A stretch of 64,000 nt of DNA from an uncultured Methanomicrobiales archaeon (lineage in GTDB: Archaea; Halobacteriota; Methanomicrobia; Methanomicrobiales; Methanospirillaceae): assembly GCA_963758915.1 (NCBI GenBank), contig CAVWXH010000003.1, positions 320,001-384,000 of the forward strand. The letters run 5' to 3'. A program made the translations under genes and the position numbers. This document shows, piece by piece, positions 40,373 through 49,740 of this stretch. How positions within the stretch are numbered: position 1 is the first letter of the stretch; each line of letters begins with the position of its first letter. The notes beneath the pieces are model-generated. The model had not been told where the DNA came from. It did not search any database and saw only the letters and a program-made list of their open reading frames with translations.

Positions 40373-40741
40373 ACAGCCCTGGCTACTGCTCCCTTTCTTT
40401 TTCGGACCTTCCTACTCCTGGTTGCTATCCTTTGCAGCAAGGGGACGTTGTTTTTACAGCCCTGGCTACTGCTCCCTTTCTTTTTCGGACCTTCCTACTC
40501 CTGGTTGCTATCCTTTGCAGCAAGGGGACGTTGTTTTTACAGCCCTGGCTACTGCTTCCTTTCTTTTTCGGACCTTCCTACTCCTGGTCGCTATCCTTCG
40601 CAGCAAGGGGACGTTGTTTCCACAGCCCTGGCTACTGCTTCCTTTCTTTTTCGGACCTTCCTACTCCTGGTCGCTATCCTTCGCAGCAAGGGGACGTTGT
40701 TTCTACAGCCCTGGCTACTGCTTCCTTTCTTTTTCGGACCT
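40373..40741. repeat. 83-bp tandem repeat, about 4.4 copies
   Basis: ACAGCCCTGGCTACTGC recurs at 40373, 40456, 40539, 40622 and 40705. Confidence 0.97.
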
Positions 40742-40819
40742 CGCTGATCCCTGTTACCACCAGTATCACCCAGGGACCGTTTTATTGATACCCCGGGGTA
40801 TACCATCGTTTTTTAATAA

Positions 40820-41525
40820 TTACGCTGATCTCGCATTCTGATGTTCCATTTCCTTACGATATCCTGAAAACCAATTCCTCCATTATTCTCGAAATCGAAT
40901 ACGACTCGTTTTCTACAAGCCCGTCATTATCCGGACCGGCAGGGGGACAGATGCAGCCGGGAAGTGATGCGGATATTGGCGCAATTGCAAATTCCTGGCA
41001 ATTAATTCTTTCACTTCCTGTTGAGTATCTGTAGGAGGTCGGCACTGTTCCCACGCTCCTGCTGTATCCTGATATGGCATCGAACCGGTGGGTATCACTA
41101 CCCGTTACCCGGATATTCACCTGACACAGGGGGAATCCCTCCCGGGTCCCCCGGCCCTGCATCCGGGTCATGGTTCTGCTATGCTCCATCTGAATGGTAA
41201 TAGAATCAGGGGCATCCCGGATTGTCGTAGCCTCCATCCACCATTCTGCACAATAATACCGGTGGAGTCCCGGGTTCCAGGCAAGGGTCCGGGTTTCGCA
41301 CGCACTCACGACCACCATGGTTATCTCCTTCTGATTTGCATGGCTCGTAGCAATCATAGTGTGCGGGGACCTGCCCCGGGAGTTGGGAGATGACAGTTGA
41401 CTATAGTTCCTGTCAAAATTACCGCTCACCCGGTGGCCGGCTGTATCCCGGACAGGGTCTGCCGCCATTACTGCAGGCGGCCCGAATACGACTGAGGAGG
41501 CCAGCAATAACAAATGTTTTAGCAT
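40820..41525 (-). pseudogene. Decayed secreted protein ending in a broken dockerin
   Basis: Signal-like MLKHLLLLASSVV..VMAADP; tail LPGCICPPAGPDNDGLVE, then shifted frame VFDFENNGGIGFQDIV. Confidence 0.65.
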
Positions 41526-41853
41526 TTTTTTCACGTTAGACCACCTTTCAGTTACCATGTCTGGCATGTCAGCCTGTAACATTCTAGACTGGATATCGAG
41601 TTGATATTAAGGTAAGCAATCCGCCAAACGCTCCGTTTACATGATAGAACCTGATGGATCAATCATTCGCTTATGCATCCAGATCCCCTGTTGCATTACA
41701 ATAATGTATACTGATAAGATCATCTATAGTTGTAACCTATTATTATAATGATCTTCCCGGGTATGGAGATACGGTACGGGAGCCGCCCCCGCTACGAGAG
41801 CGTATGAATAACATATCGCCGGGACAACCAGTATGAATAAGGACCAGTGAAAG

Positions 41854-42672
41854 ATGACAACGATTCTTGTTGACAAGGATCTCTGCACACGGTGCGGGAT
41901 CTGCTCTGATGTCTGCCCGATGGCGATTATTACCCCCGCCGACGAGAACACCCTGCCGGTGGTAACCGGGGCAGTGACCGGCATGTGCATCCAGTGCGGC
42001 CATTGTGAGGTCTCCTGCCCGTCAGGTGCACTCCTCCTGAACGTCCGCCCGGATGAGAAAGTGCCCCTGCCAGCCGGTGCCGGTACAATCTCTCCCGAAA
42101 ATATGGCATTCTACCTTAAAAAACGCCGTTCAGTGAGGGAATTTACGACTGACCCGGTACCAAAGGAGAAGATCCTCGAAGTCCTCGATATCGCCCGTTA
42201 CGCCGCTTCAGGAAGCAACGGGCAGCCTGTGCAGTGGCTGGTAGTCCATGATCCAAAGAGGGTCAGGAAGATTGCCGGGCTGACCATCGAGTGGATGAAA
42301 ACCCTGCAGAATACGAACCATCCGTTGAGCGGCTACCTGCCGGTGCTGGTCGGAGCATGGGCAGCAGGACAGGATATTATCTGCAGGGATGCCCCGCACC
42401 TGCTCTTCGCCCATATCCCGGATGGCAACCCGATTGCATCCGTGGATGCGATAATCGCCCTCACCCATTTCGACGTTGCTGCGCCTGCATTCGGTATCGG
42501 GACCTGCTGGGCAGGATTTGTCGCGATGGCCGCTCTATCGTATGAACCCCTTCAGAAGGAGCTCGGTATTCCCGCCGGACGGAAAATCGCTTATGCGATG
42601 ATGTTCGGCCACCCGCAATACGAGATCTATGGGATCCCCCGCCGGAAACCCCTTGAGATAACGTGGCAGTGA
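41854..42672 (+). CDS. Nitroreductase family protein with N-terminal 2[4Fe-4S] ferredoxin
   Basis: CTRCGICSDVCP, CIQCGHCEVSCP; RRSVREF, ASGSNGQP, GIGTCWAG. Confidence 0.93.
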   Translation: MTTILVDKDLCTRCGICSDVCPMAIITPADENTLPVVTGAVTGMCIQCGHCEVSCPSGALLLNVRPDEKVPLPAGAGTISPENMAFYLKKRRSVREFTTDPVPKEKILEVLDIARYAASGSNGQPVQWLVVHDPKRVRKIAGLTIEWMKTLQNTNHPLSGYLPVLVGAWAAGQDIICRDAPHLLFAHIPDGNPIASVDAIIALTHFDVAAPAFGIGTCWAGFVAMAALSYEPLQKELGIPAGRKIAYAMMFGHPQYEIYGIPRRKPLEITWQ

Positions 42673-42875
42673 TGCCCACATCCCCGGCCCACCGATTCTG
42701 TTTCGGCACGGTGACCGGGATGATGCGGCCATGTATGGAACGACCAGGGCCCGGAGATCTTACGTAAACCAGCCTAACGGGCGTTTTATTTGAAAAGAAG
42801 GTCCCAATCCCGTTCATTTATACATGTACATTTCCGGAGGGGCTGAAAAATGACAGGGTCCTTTAAAAAAAGAAA

Positions 42876-43421
42876 TTAAATGCCCTTGCGCACGAACGCA
42901 GGGCTGTAGGGGGCCCTCTGGTATACCAGGGTTTCCCCTGAATTATCCGTTATTGTCAATTCCTGGTGTATATTCACCGTATAGGTTGTTGCAGCCTGCA
43001 GGATCCTGAAGTATACTGTTTCGTTATTCGTAGCGTTGGGGCAATACATCGTGCTGGATGCGAGAGGGCCAACCATGATACCGTTCCCCTGAGGGAGGAC
43101 CTTGCCGGTCAGGGTATAGTGTCCATTATAATTATTGCAGCCGGAGGACCCGATGATGTTGGATTGATTGGTGAACACGGCAGTAATTTGCGGGCCCGTC
43201 ATCTCAACGGGTGCCATACCACCCTGTTCTGCCATCATTTTGAGGTACCAGGTCCCGACCAGGAGTGGATCAATGATCGGGGGGGAAAGAGCAGGGTTAT
43301 TTGTTACCGGTACTTCGGTGGTTACCGGGGTAACCGGTCTCGAAGCAGGCAGGCTTGTACACCCTGCCATCAGTACGAGAAGAAATGCACAGATAACTAT
43401 ACACGCAGTAAGAATTTTCAT
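42876..43421 (-). CDS. META-domain (HslJ-like) lipoprotein
   Basis: LMAGC signal; GSSGCNNYNGHY, GPLASSTMYC. Confidence 0.88.
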   Translation of the reverse strand: MKILTACIVICAFLLVLMAGCTSLPASRPVTPVTTEVPVTNNPALSPPIIDPLLVGTWYLKMMAEQGGMAPVEMTGPQITAVFTNQSNIIGSSGCNNYNGHYTLTGKVLPQGNGIMVGPLASSTMYCPNATNNETVYFRILQAATTYTVNIHQELTITDNSGETLVYQRAPYSPAFVRKGI

Positions 43422-43669
43422 ACGATAGAATACACCCGTCACGTAATAAAGGTGAATAATGTCAGGGAGAGCAGGTATACTCCCGTTAATCACGGGTGCG
43501 AACGACCCCTTCATACGTGCTTCAACAAGGCCAGAAAATACGAAATCCGGTACCATGGTCCCGTCATGGTCACCTGGTGGACTGACTGTTACAACTATCA
43601 TCGGAATGCCCATATGCCCGTAAAAACAATACGGCAACCATCTTATGCCCGGAAAACCTAATTGGAGGT

Positions 43670-45160
43670 ATGGAACCGGACCGGGCAGGCACGTTGCAGA
43701 AAAGTTATACACTCCTCATCATCTCAATATCACTTGCCACATTTATGTCGGCACTTGATGGAACAATTGTAAATATCGCACTCCCTACGATATCTGAAGT
43801 ATTCAGCGTCACCACCAGCACGGTGAGCTGGGTATCTACAATTTACCTGCTGGTTATGGCAGGATGTGTCCTGATCTTCGGTAAAATCTCTGATGTCATC
43901 GGGTTTAAAAAAGTGTTCCTGTCAGGTTTCTTAATTTTCACCATCGGATCTTTCTGCTGTGGATTCCTCCCGGATTTAATCCATTCCTTTCCAGTCCTTA
44001 TCGGTTCCCGGGCATTCCAGGCGGTCGGGGGTGCCATGATCACCGCGATCGGCCCCGCGATGGTCACGGCGTATATTCCAATGAAGCAGAAAGGAAAAGC
44101 CATGGGCATCGTGCTTACATTCGCAGCCCTTGGTACGGCAATCGGGCCGACTATCGGTGGTGTACTCACGCAGTTCCTCTCCTGGAACTGGATTTTTTTC
44201 ATTAATGTCCCGGTCGGAATTTGTGCGGTTATTCTTGGTGCTAAGGTGATCCCGGCGGTGAAGGGCCGGGAACTAACGGGTGAGTTCGACCGGGCGGGTG
44301 CAGTCCTGATATTCACGGGCCTGGCCTCCCTGCTCTTTGCGTTGTCAGAAGGGCAGACACTTGGATGGACCGACCCGGTCATCCTCGGCAGCTTTGTACT
44401 GGCACTTATCACCCTAAGCGGCTTTGTCAGGTGCGAACTCCGGGCTGCAGACCCGCTGCTCGAGCTTCGCCTGTTTAAACGGAAAAATTTCCTCCTTACC
44501 AACACCACGATGGTCCTGCTGTTCTTCAGCTTTGCCGGTATCAGTTACCTGCTCCCGTTTTATCTCCAGTACGTACAGGGGTTCACCCCCTCGGTGGCCG
44601 GGTTGATACTGACATCACTCTCAGTTGCCATGATGGTGGGCGGAATCCTTGCAGGTATGCTCTATAACCGGGCAGGCGGCAGATTGCTCAGTATCGCTGC
44701 CGGGATTTCAATTGTTGCCGGGTATTTCCTGATGACACGTATCCGCCCGGATACGACCACCGGGTTTGTCGTCCTGTGCCTGGTACTGATCGGATTCGGA
44801 CTTGGCCTGATGCTGACACCGGCATCCAACATGATCATGAACTCGGTCGGAAAAAAATACCAGGGCATGGTCTCAAGCCTTACCAGTCTTGAGCGGTTTG
44901 CGCCCATGACAATCGGCATTGCCATCTTCAATATCGTATTTATCCAGGGTATTAACGCAATTGCCAGCCACAACAGGATTACAGAGGTAGCACCGGCATA
45001 CATCAGGACAGAAGTGCTCACGGCAGGTTTTGACCTGGCATTTTTGTTTGCGTTTGCGGTCGGCATCATTATCCTGGCCCTTGCAGTCCTTGCACGCCAG
45101 GAGACACATCCTGATTACCAGTCAGGTGACGAAGACCCGGCAACTCAACATAGTACATAA
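43670..45160 (+). CDS. MFS transporter, DHA2 (EmrB/QacA) family
   Basis: LDGTIVNIALPTI, GKISDVIG, WNWIFFINVPVG; about 14 TMs. Confidence 0.93.
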   Translation: MEPDRAGTLQKSYTLLIISISLATFMSALDGTIVNIALPTISEVFSVTTSTVSWVSTIYLLVMAGCVLIFGKISDVIGFKKVFLSGFLIFTIGSFCCGFLPDLIHSFPVLIGSRAFQAVGGAMITAIGPAMVTAYIPMKQKGKAMGIVLTFAALGTAIGPTIGGVLTQFLSWNWIFFINVPVGICAVILGAKVIPAVKGRELTGEFDRAGAVLIFTGLASLLFALSEGQTLGWTDPVILGSFVLALITLSGFVRCELRAADPLLELRLFKRKNFLLTNTTMVLLFFSFAGISYLLPFYLQYVQGFTPSVAGLILTSLSVAMMVGGILAGMLYNRAGGRLLSIAAGISIVAGYFLMTRIRPDTTTGFVVLCLVLIGFGLGLMLTPASNMIMNSVGKKYQGMVSSLTSLERFAPMTIGIAIFNIVFIQGINAIASHNRITEVAPAYIRTEVLTAGFDLAFLFAFAVGIIILALAVLARQETHPDYQSGDEDPATQHST

Positions 45161-45182
45161 AAGCGGGGAAAACAGGGGTTTT

Positions 45183-45272
45183 GCTGGTATGAAAAACTCC
45201 GGCAAAAACGATTTGAAATCCACCTTTTTTCGTGCTCATCTATGAGCCAAAGGCTCAATAGCACGCTCTGTA
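45183..45272 (+). repeat. Two-hairpin dispersed repeat, copy B
   Basis: Homologous to 29947-30032; followed by GCTCTGTAGAGACCCTTCACATTTAA, resembling a MITE end. Confidence 0.75.
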
Positions 45273-45574
45273 GAGACCCTTCACATTTAATGAGTTGCAA
45301 AAGAGTAGTCGGCCCCATCGGGGCAATTACAGGAGCAGGGAGATTTCGTCTCCTCACAAAATTAATCACATGTATCCTGGTTGCACCATCTTAACCGGCA
45401 GATCAGGGTCCGCCAGCTGGTTTTGAGGAAATACCTTTTCGAAGGTCTCACACGCTCATAAATTCTCCTGACGATTACAGGAAAAGGCCGGGAGGTACTC
45501 CGGGAATCGCCCCCCTGATTATAAAAAAAAGGTTGGGTATCTGAACCCGCCAGGAAGAAAAAAAGTGAGGGGGA

Positions 45575-45997
45575 TCAGATCTTCGGACTTTCTTTCCCGA
45601 TTATCCGTGCAATTTCACCGAGCTCGCGTGCCAGGAGACGGATAATATCATCGAGGGTAATGAGTCCGACAAGCCTCCCACCCATGTCTACCACGGGTAA
45701 GCGACGTACTCCCGATGATTTCATCTCCTGGATCGCATCAAAAACATCAGTATCCTTACGGATAGTCCTGACATCTCCGGTCATTATTTCTGATATTAAC
45801 CGTGTCTCCTCCTCCTCACAGAGGTACCCCCCGCGGATTGCAAAATCCCGGTCGGTAACGATCCCTACCGGTTTATTATTCTCTGCGATCACCACACACC
45901 CGATATTTTTCTCCTTCATCAACTCAGCAACGAATTTCACGGTAGTATCAGGCGTAACACTAATGACATTATTCTGGCAGACGGCGTAAATGTTCAT
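45575..45997 (-). CDS. Tandem CBS-domain protein
   Basis: PVGIVTDRD, VRRLPVVD..LVGLITLDD. Confidence 0.9.
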   Translation of the reverse strand: MNIYAVCQNNVISVTPDTTVKFVAELMKEKNIGCVVIAENNKPVGIVTDRDFAIRGGYLCEEEETRLISEIMTGDVRTIRKDTDVFDAIQEMKSSGVRRLPVVDMGGRLVGLITLDDIIRLLARELGEIARIIGKESPKI

Positions 45998-46213
45998 GAT
46001 AATTCTCTTCAATTATTGGCAACAGCCGGGCTTTAATCCTTGGGACGGTTTTTTACCTGTATTCAGAAAACCATGATGGAAAAAGTAAGTGGAATAGTTT
46101 GGGATTTGTAAAAGATTTTGCGATAAGGCCGGGAATGTAACTGGAGCGATTAAAAAAATTGAATTCCTAATTTTTTTGTCAGATCAGAAATGACCGGATA
46201 ATGCAGGTTCAAT

Positions 46214-46576
46214 TCACAATTCTGTCAAAGTGCATGGAAGGAACGGTCTGTACCAGACTTCTACTTCACCATCATAGTGATGGGAGAGGTCTTCGTATGA
46301 TTCCACATACCCGAGCTCCCCCAGAATATGCTGCATAATATTTGAGGGTTTTACAATTCGCACATCATAGCCTTCGGATATCCATCGACGGAGAAGGTTC
46401 CGGGTATTTCCTTCATTTTTACACCGGGATATGATGTAGTGGAGATAGAGGCGGGTGTCTTTGTAGAGCTCCAGCCAGCCCGAGAACAATTCTTCGGTAA
46501 AACCGAGATCATCCCCATCGGAAGTCCCTGTTTCAATGCGTTTTGGTATTGCCTGATCATTATCCAGATGTAACAC
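46214..46576 (-). CDS. Hypothetical protein (possibly GNAT-like), start uncertain
   Basis: LYLHYIISRCKNEGNTRNLL..ILGELGY; fills the intergenic gap. Confidence 0.55.
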   Translation of the reverse strand: MLHLDNDQAIPKRIETGTSDGDDLGFTEELFSGWLELYKDTRLYLHYIISRCKNEGNTRNLLRRWISEGYDVRIVKPSNIMQHILGELGYVESYEDLSHHYDGEVEVWYRPFLPCTLTEL

Positions 46577-46699
46577 AGTAGTATCCAGATGCAGGGTGGA
46601 TGAAAATAGGTATCGGTATTACCATACGGTCCAACCTGTAATGTAATCATGGTTTCTATCTGAAAAGGCCCAGACTCAGTAAAAAAGACCTCAATGTTG

Positions 46700-49465
46700 T
46701 TATTTTCTGTGCTCCCGCACAACGTGGAATGCAGCCATACCGAGACTTATCAGGGCGATCACGGCACCAAATCCGGGCTGGGCGGTTGGCCGGGTAGCTG
46801 GGGGGGTCGTCCTGGCGGGAAGTACGGTGGTGGTTATATTGATGACCTGCGGAGTGATTGTCACGGTAACGGGAACGGTTGCTGGTGTGGGCCCGATGAC
46901 ACTGGCCAGGCGTGAGGACTTTGCGCTGACGCTGATTTTGTTGGACCCGGACCCGGAGTCCTCGTCTCCCGTTGTTGAATCAGCGGGTGTTGTGTCGTTG
47001 ATCGAGGTGTCTGGTCCGGTCAGGTCCACCTCATCGGGCGCAACGGTCCTGTGTGTTGCCGGGTTGAATTCGACCAGGTTGAACCGGGTTGATGCCTGTG
47101 CACCGACCGTAACTCCTGATACCATAACGATGTACTCATCGGGCCGGAATGCCGCTGCATCGACGGGGAATACCCATTTATTAAGCCCATCTGTCCCCTT
47201 CAGGACTGTTACTGTCCCGGATACACCGCCGAATTCCCCACCCCGGGTCTTCGTGGTGGGCTCGAAAGACGAGGAAATAACGTCAACGAGGATCGTATCG
47301 TCGATTGCAAGATTCGTAGTACCCGCAAGAGTGAACCTGTCGCCGACCTGTTTCTCATCTACCGGGAGAATCGTTATGTGAGGGACTTCAACAAGGAACT
47401 GCAGCTTCGCGTAAATGTCATCAATAGCAGGGTTGTTGAGGGCCTGGACAAGTGCACCTGCTGCATCAGGCCCCTGGAGACTGCCTTCACCCTGTAACCG
47501 GAACAGGGTGTTCCCATACACCGGGTAGCTGCCCGCAACAAGGTCTTTGTTGGTATCACCGGCCACCGGGGATGAGGGCCAGACGTCGAATACTTCGTTA
47601 TACATCGGGTGCTGCACGACGACAAAATACTGGCCTGCTGCCATGTCATCCGTTGTGCCCGGGGAGATCTCCTGCTCGAAGGTGCCGTCAGCATTGACAA
47701 TTGGGGTCTGGTAGATCACCTTGTTCTTTCCGAATATCCAGACGGCGACACCATTCTCCGGCTGGCCTGCAGCAATGCCACGGACAAAAAGCCTGTCACC
47801 CGATGCTACGGCAGAAGGTGACACCGTTGCACTGACGAATGGCTTCTTTATGATGACAGATACGGTTGAATATTCGGTAACGGTGAGGAGTGACTTGTCG
47901 ACCGGAGCTGCAATTGCGTAGATGGTGTACGCCCCCGTGTCAATGTTGAGGTTCGCGGTCTGCCAGAGGTATTCCCATTCTTTGTTAATAACCTCCGCCC
48001 TGGCAAAGGTTTCGGGATTATCCACATCGACCGGCGTTCCCGGTCCGGTCATCTGCCCACCGTTTTTTGGCAGGTTCGGGCCGGTGATGAACAGGTAGGT
48101 GAAGTTCGACGCTGAACTCGTGCCGGCAAGGGCTATCTCTTCGCCGAGAAAATAGGTCCGGGCACCTCGCACGGCAGACTGGCTAGCCACTTCCACCGCT
48201 CCTTTTTCAACAGAGATATCGACTTCCGCGGTCCGGAAGGTCCTGCCCGGGCCGGAGTCTGATGATGGCGGGTCATATGGCTCCGGACGCTCTACCTGGA
48301 TGGTATAATCGTCATCTTTGGTATTCACCGTAGTTGAAAAACCAATGGTGCGGTTGCCGTTACGGTCAAGGGTAACTGAGGCATAGTACACCACCCCCCT
48401 TACATTTTCCCGGCCGTACAACTGTGCGACGTCCTGCTGGATCGTCCTGGTTGAACCCCCGGATATATACTGGCCGATTGGCCATGGCCCGCCCTTCGGG
48501 TCCATCCTGACACCGTCCTGCGAAAGAATGAGGCTTGGGGGCTGGTCCCCTGCCATGCCACTCATGGAGCTCGTGTCCTTAACCCAGAGATAATAGGCAC
48601 TATCCGGCTTGCCCCTGATGGTCACCGTAAATGCATCACCCCGGACAACCGTTTCGTTGCTGACCTCAATATGGACGGAACCTGATTCTATTGTGACATT
48701 ATGGACTGCAGAGACGGTCCTGCCGGTGAAATCATTGCCGGATGCCTCCTTATAGTTGTCCTTCATTCCGTTCAGGTTGGATTCCGTCCAGAATGTGTAA
48801 AGGCCCGATGGGTATGCAAGGTTATGTTCCGGGCCGCGAAAGCCGGTAGACCATCCTTCCTCACTGCCTTTTTCAACTGGTACCCAGTACCACGGCATCG
48901 CATCCGGTGCGAGGTCTGCCAGGTCAAGCAGGGTAGTTTCATCCTGGTAAAGCCGGGTATACAGGGTCCCGTCAGGGGCCCTGACCCTGATGGTGAAGAA
49001 CCCCTCCGCACCAGGCCGCTGTACCGGGATTATACTCAGCGTTGTTTCAATGCGGAACGCCAGGAAATCACCTGATGTGGCACTCCTGTTGGTAATATCG
49101 TTACCTGACTCCTGGTTGTAGACTGAAATTGTCTGCGAGGGATCGCAGACGGCAAATCCTACCTGATCACTGTTCCCGATGTACCAGTTTCCTGTGCGCC
49201 TTGCAAATTCAGTGGGAGATACATAGAAACTGGCGTTGTCTCCGATCGTTATGGTGGCAGATGGGGCACTCCGGCCCACGGCCTGGGTGCCGGTATACCA
49301 GGTAAGGGTAGTACCTGGTGGGATTCCGGTTAAATTCAGGTCCTGTTCACCGATGAAGATCGTGCCACCGAACGGGACGTCCTGCAATGCATCTCCCGGT
49401 GCCGGGACAACCAGGATCAGCAGTGCCATGCACATCGCCAGTGAGATCGTTCGTCGCGTAATCAT
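46700..49465 (-). CDS. S-layer-type glycoprotein (DUF3821-like) with PGF-CTERM
   Basis: GGTIFIGEQDLNLT start, GQYFVVVQHPMYN, T/P-rich linker, QPGF + TM + basic tail. Confidence 0.88.
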   Translation of the reverse strand: MITRRTISLAMCMALLILVVPAPGDALQDVPFGGTIFIGEQDLNLTGIPPGTTLTWYTGTQAVGRSAPSATITIGDNASFYVSPTEFARRTGNWYIGNSDQVGFAVCDPSQTISVYNQESGNDITNRSATSGDFLAFRIETTLSIIPVQRPGAEGFFTIRVRAPDGTLYTRLYQDETTLLDLADLAPDAMPWYWVPVEKGSEEGWSTGFRGPEHNLAYPSGLYTFWTESNLNGMKDNYKEASGNDFTGRTVSAVHNVTIESGSVHIEVSNETVVRGDAFTVTIRGKPDSAYYLWVKDTSSMSGMAGDQPPSLILSQDGVRMDPKGGPWPIGQYISGGSTRTIQQDVAQLYGRENVRGVVYYASVTLDRNGNRTIGFSTTVNTKDDDYTIQVERPEPYDPPSSDSGPGRTFRTAEVDISVEKGAVEVASQSAVRGARTYFLGEEIALAGTSSASNFTYLFITGPNLPKNGGQMTGPGTPVDVDNPETFARAEVINKEWEYLWQTANLNIDTGAYTIYAIAAPVDKSLLTVTEYSTVSVIIKKPFVSATVSPSAVASGDRLFVRGIAAGQPENGVAVWIFGKNKVIYQTPIVNADGTFEQEISPGTTDDMAAGQYFVVVQHPMYNEVFDVWPSSPVAGDTNKDLVAGSYPVYGNTLFRLQGEGSLQGPDAAGALVQALNNPAIDDIYAKLQFLVEVPHITILPVDEKQVGDRFTLAGTTNLAIDDTILVDVISSSFEPTTKTRGGEFGGVSGTVTVLKGTDGLNKWVFPVDAAAFRPDEYIVMVSGVTVGAQASTRFNLVEFNPATHRTVAPDEVDLTGPDTSINDTTPADSTTGDEDSGSGSNKISVSAKSSRLASVIGPTPATVPVTVTITPQVINITTTVLPARTTPPATRPTAQPGFGAVIALISLGMAAFHVVREHRK

Positions 49466-49740
49466 CTTTTATTCCCTGTAACTTGCGTTCAACCGGGTTC
49501 TGCCAGGTTCAGTCCGGGGATTGGAAATTATTTTGGTCCGGGGCCGGGTTTTCATTCCAACCAGGCGGTCCTTTTTGTTATCTGTTCCCGTTTTCCCCAA
49601 AAAGGTCCGGGACCAGCCTGGCTGGTTCTCCACATACCGTTATGCATTCGTGTTCCGCGGTTTACCCTAACTTCACTTGCCGTTAAAAAAAGTGTTTGAT
49701 CTGTACTTCCTGCTGTCGGGCCACCGGAAAAAATGATCAA

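Noticed and set aside
40373-40741. CRISPR array
   Set aside because: Whole 83-bp units repeat with no unique spacers, and there are no cas genes in the window.
40279-40841. Three overlapping + strand ORFs with repeated peptides
   Set aside because: Artefact of a stop-free, non-triplet tandem repeat.
40908-40922. TTTTCTACAAGCCC as another MITE end
   Set aside because: Better explained as the decayed GLYE codons of the fossil dockerin.
46351-46722. Frameshifted 5' extension of the 46214-46576 gene
   Set aside because: Plausible from ATG 46650 but cannot be supported without homologues.
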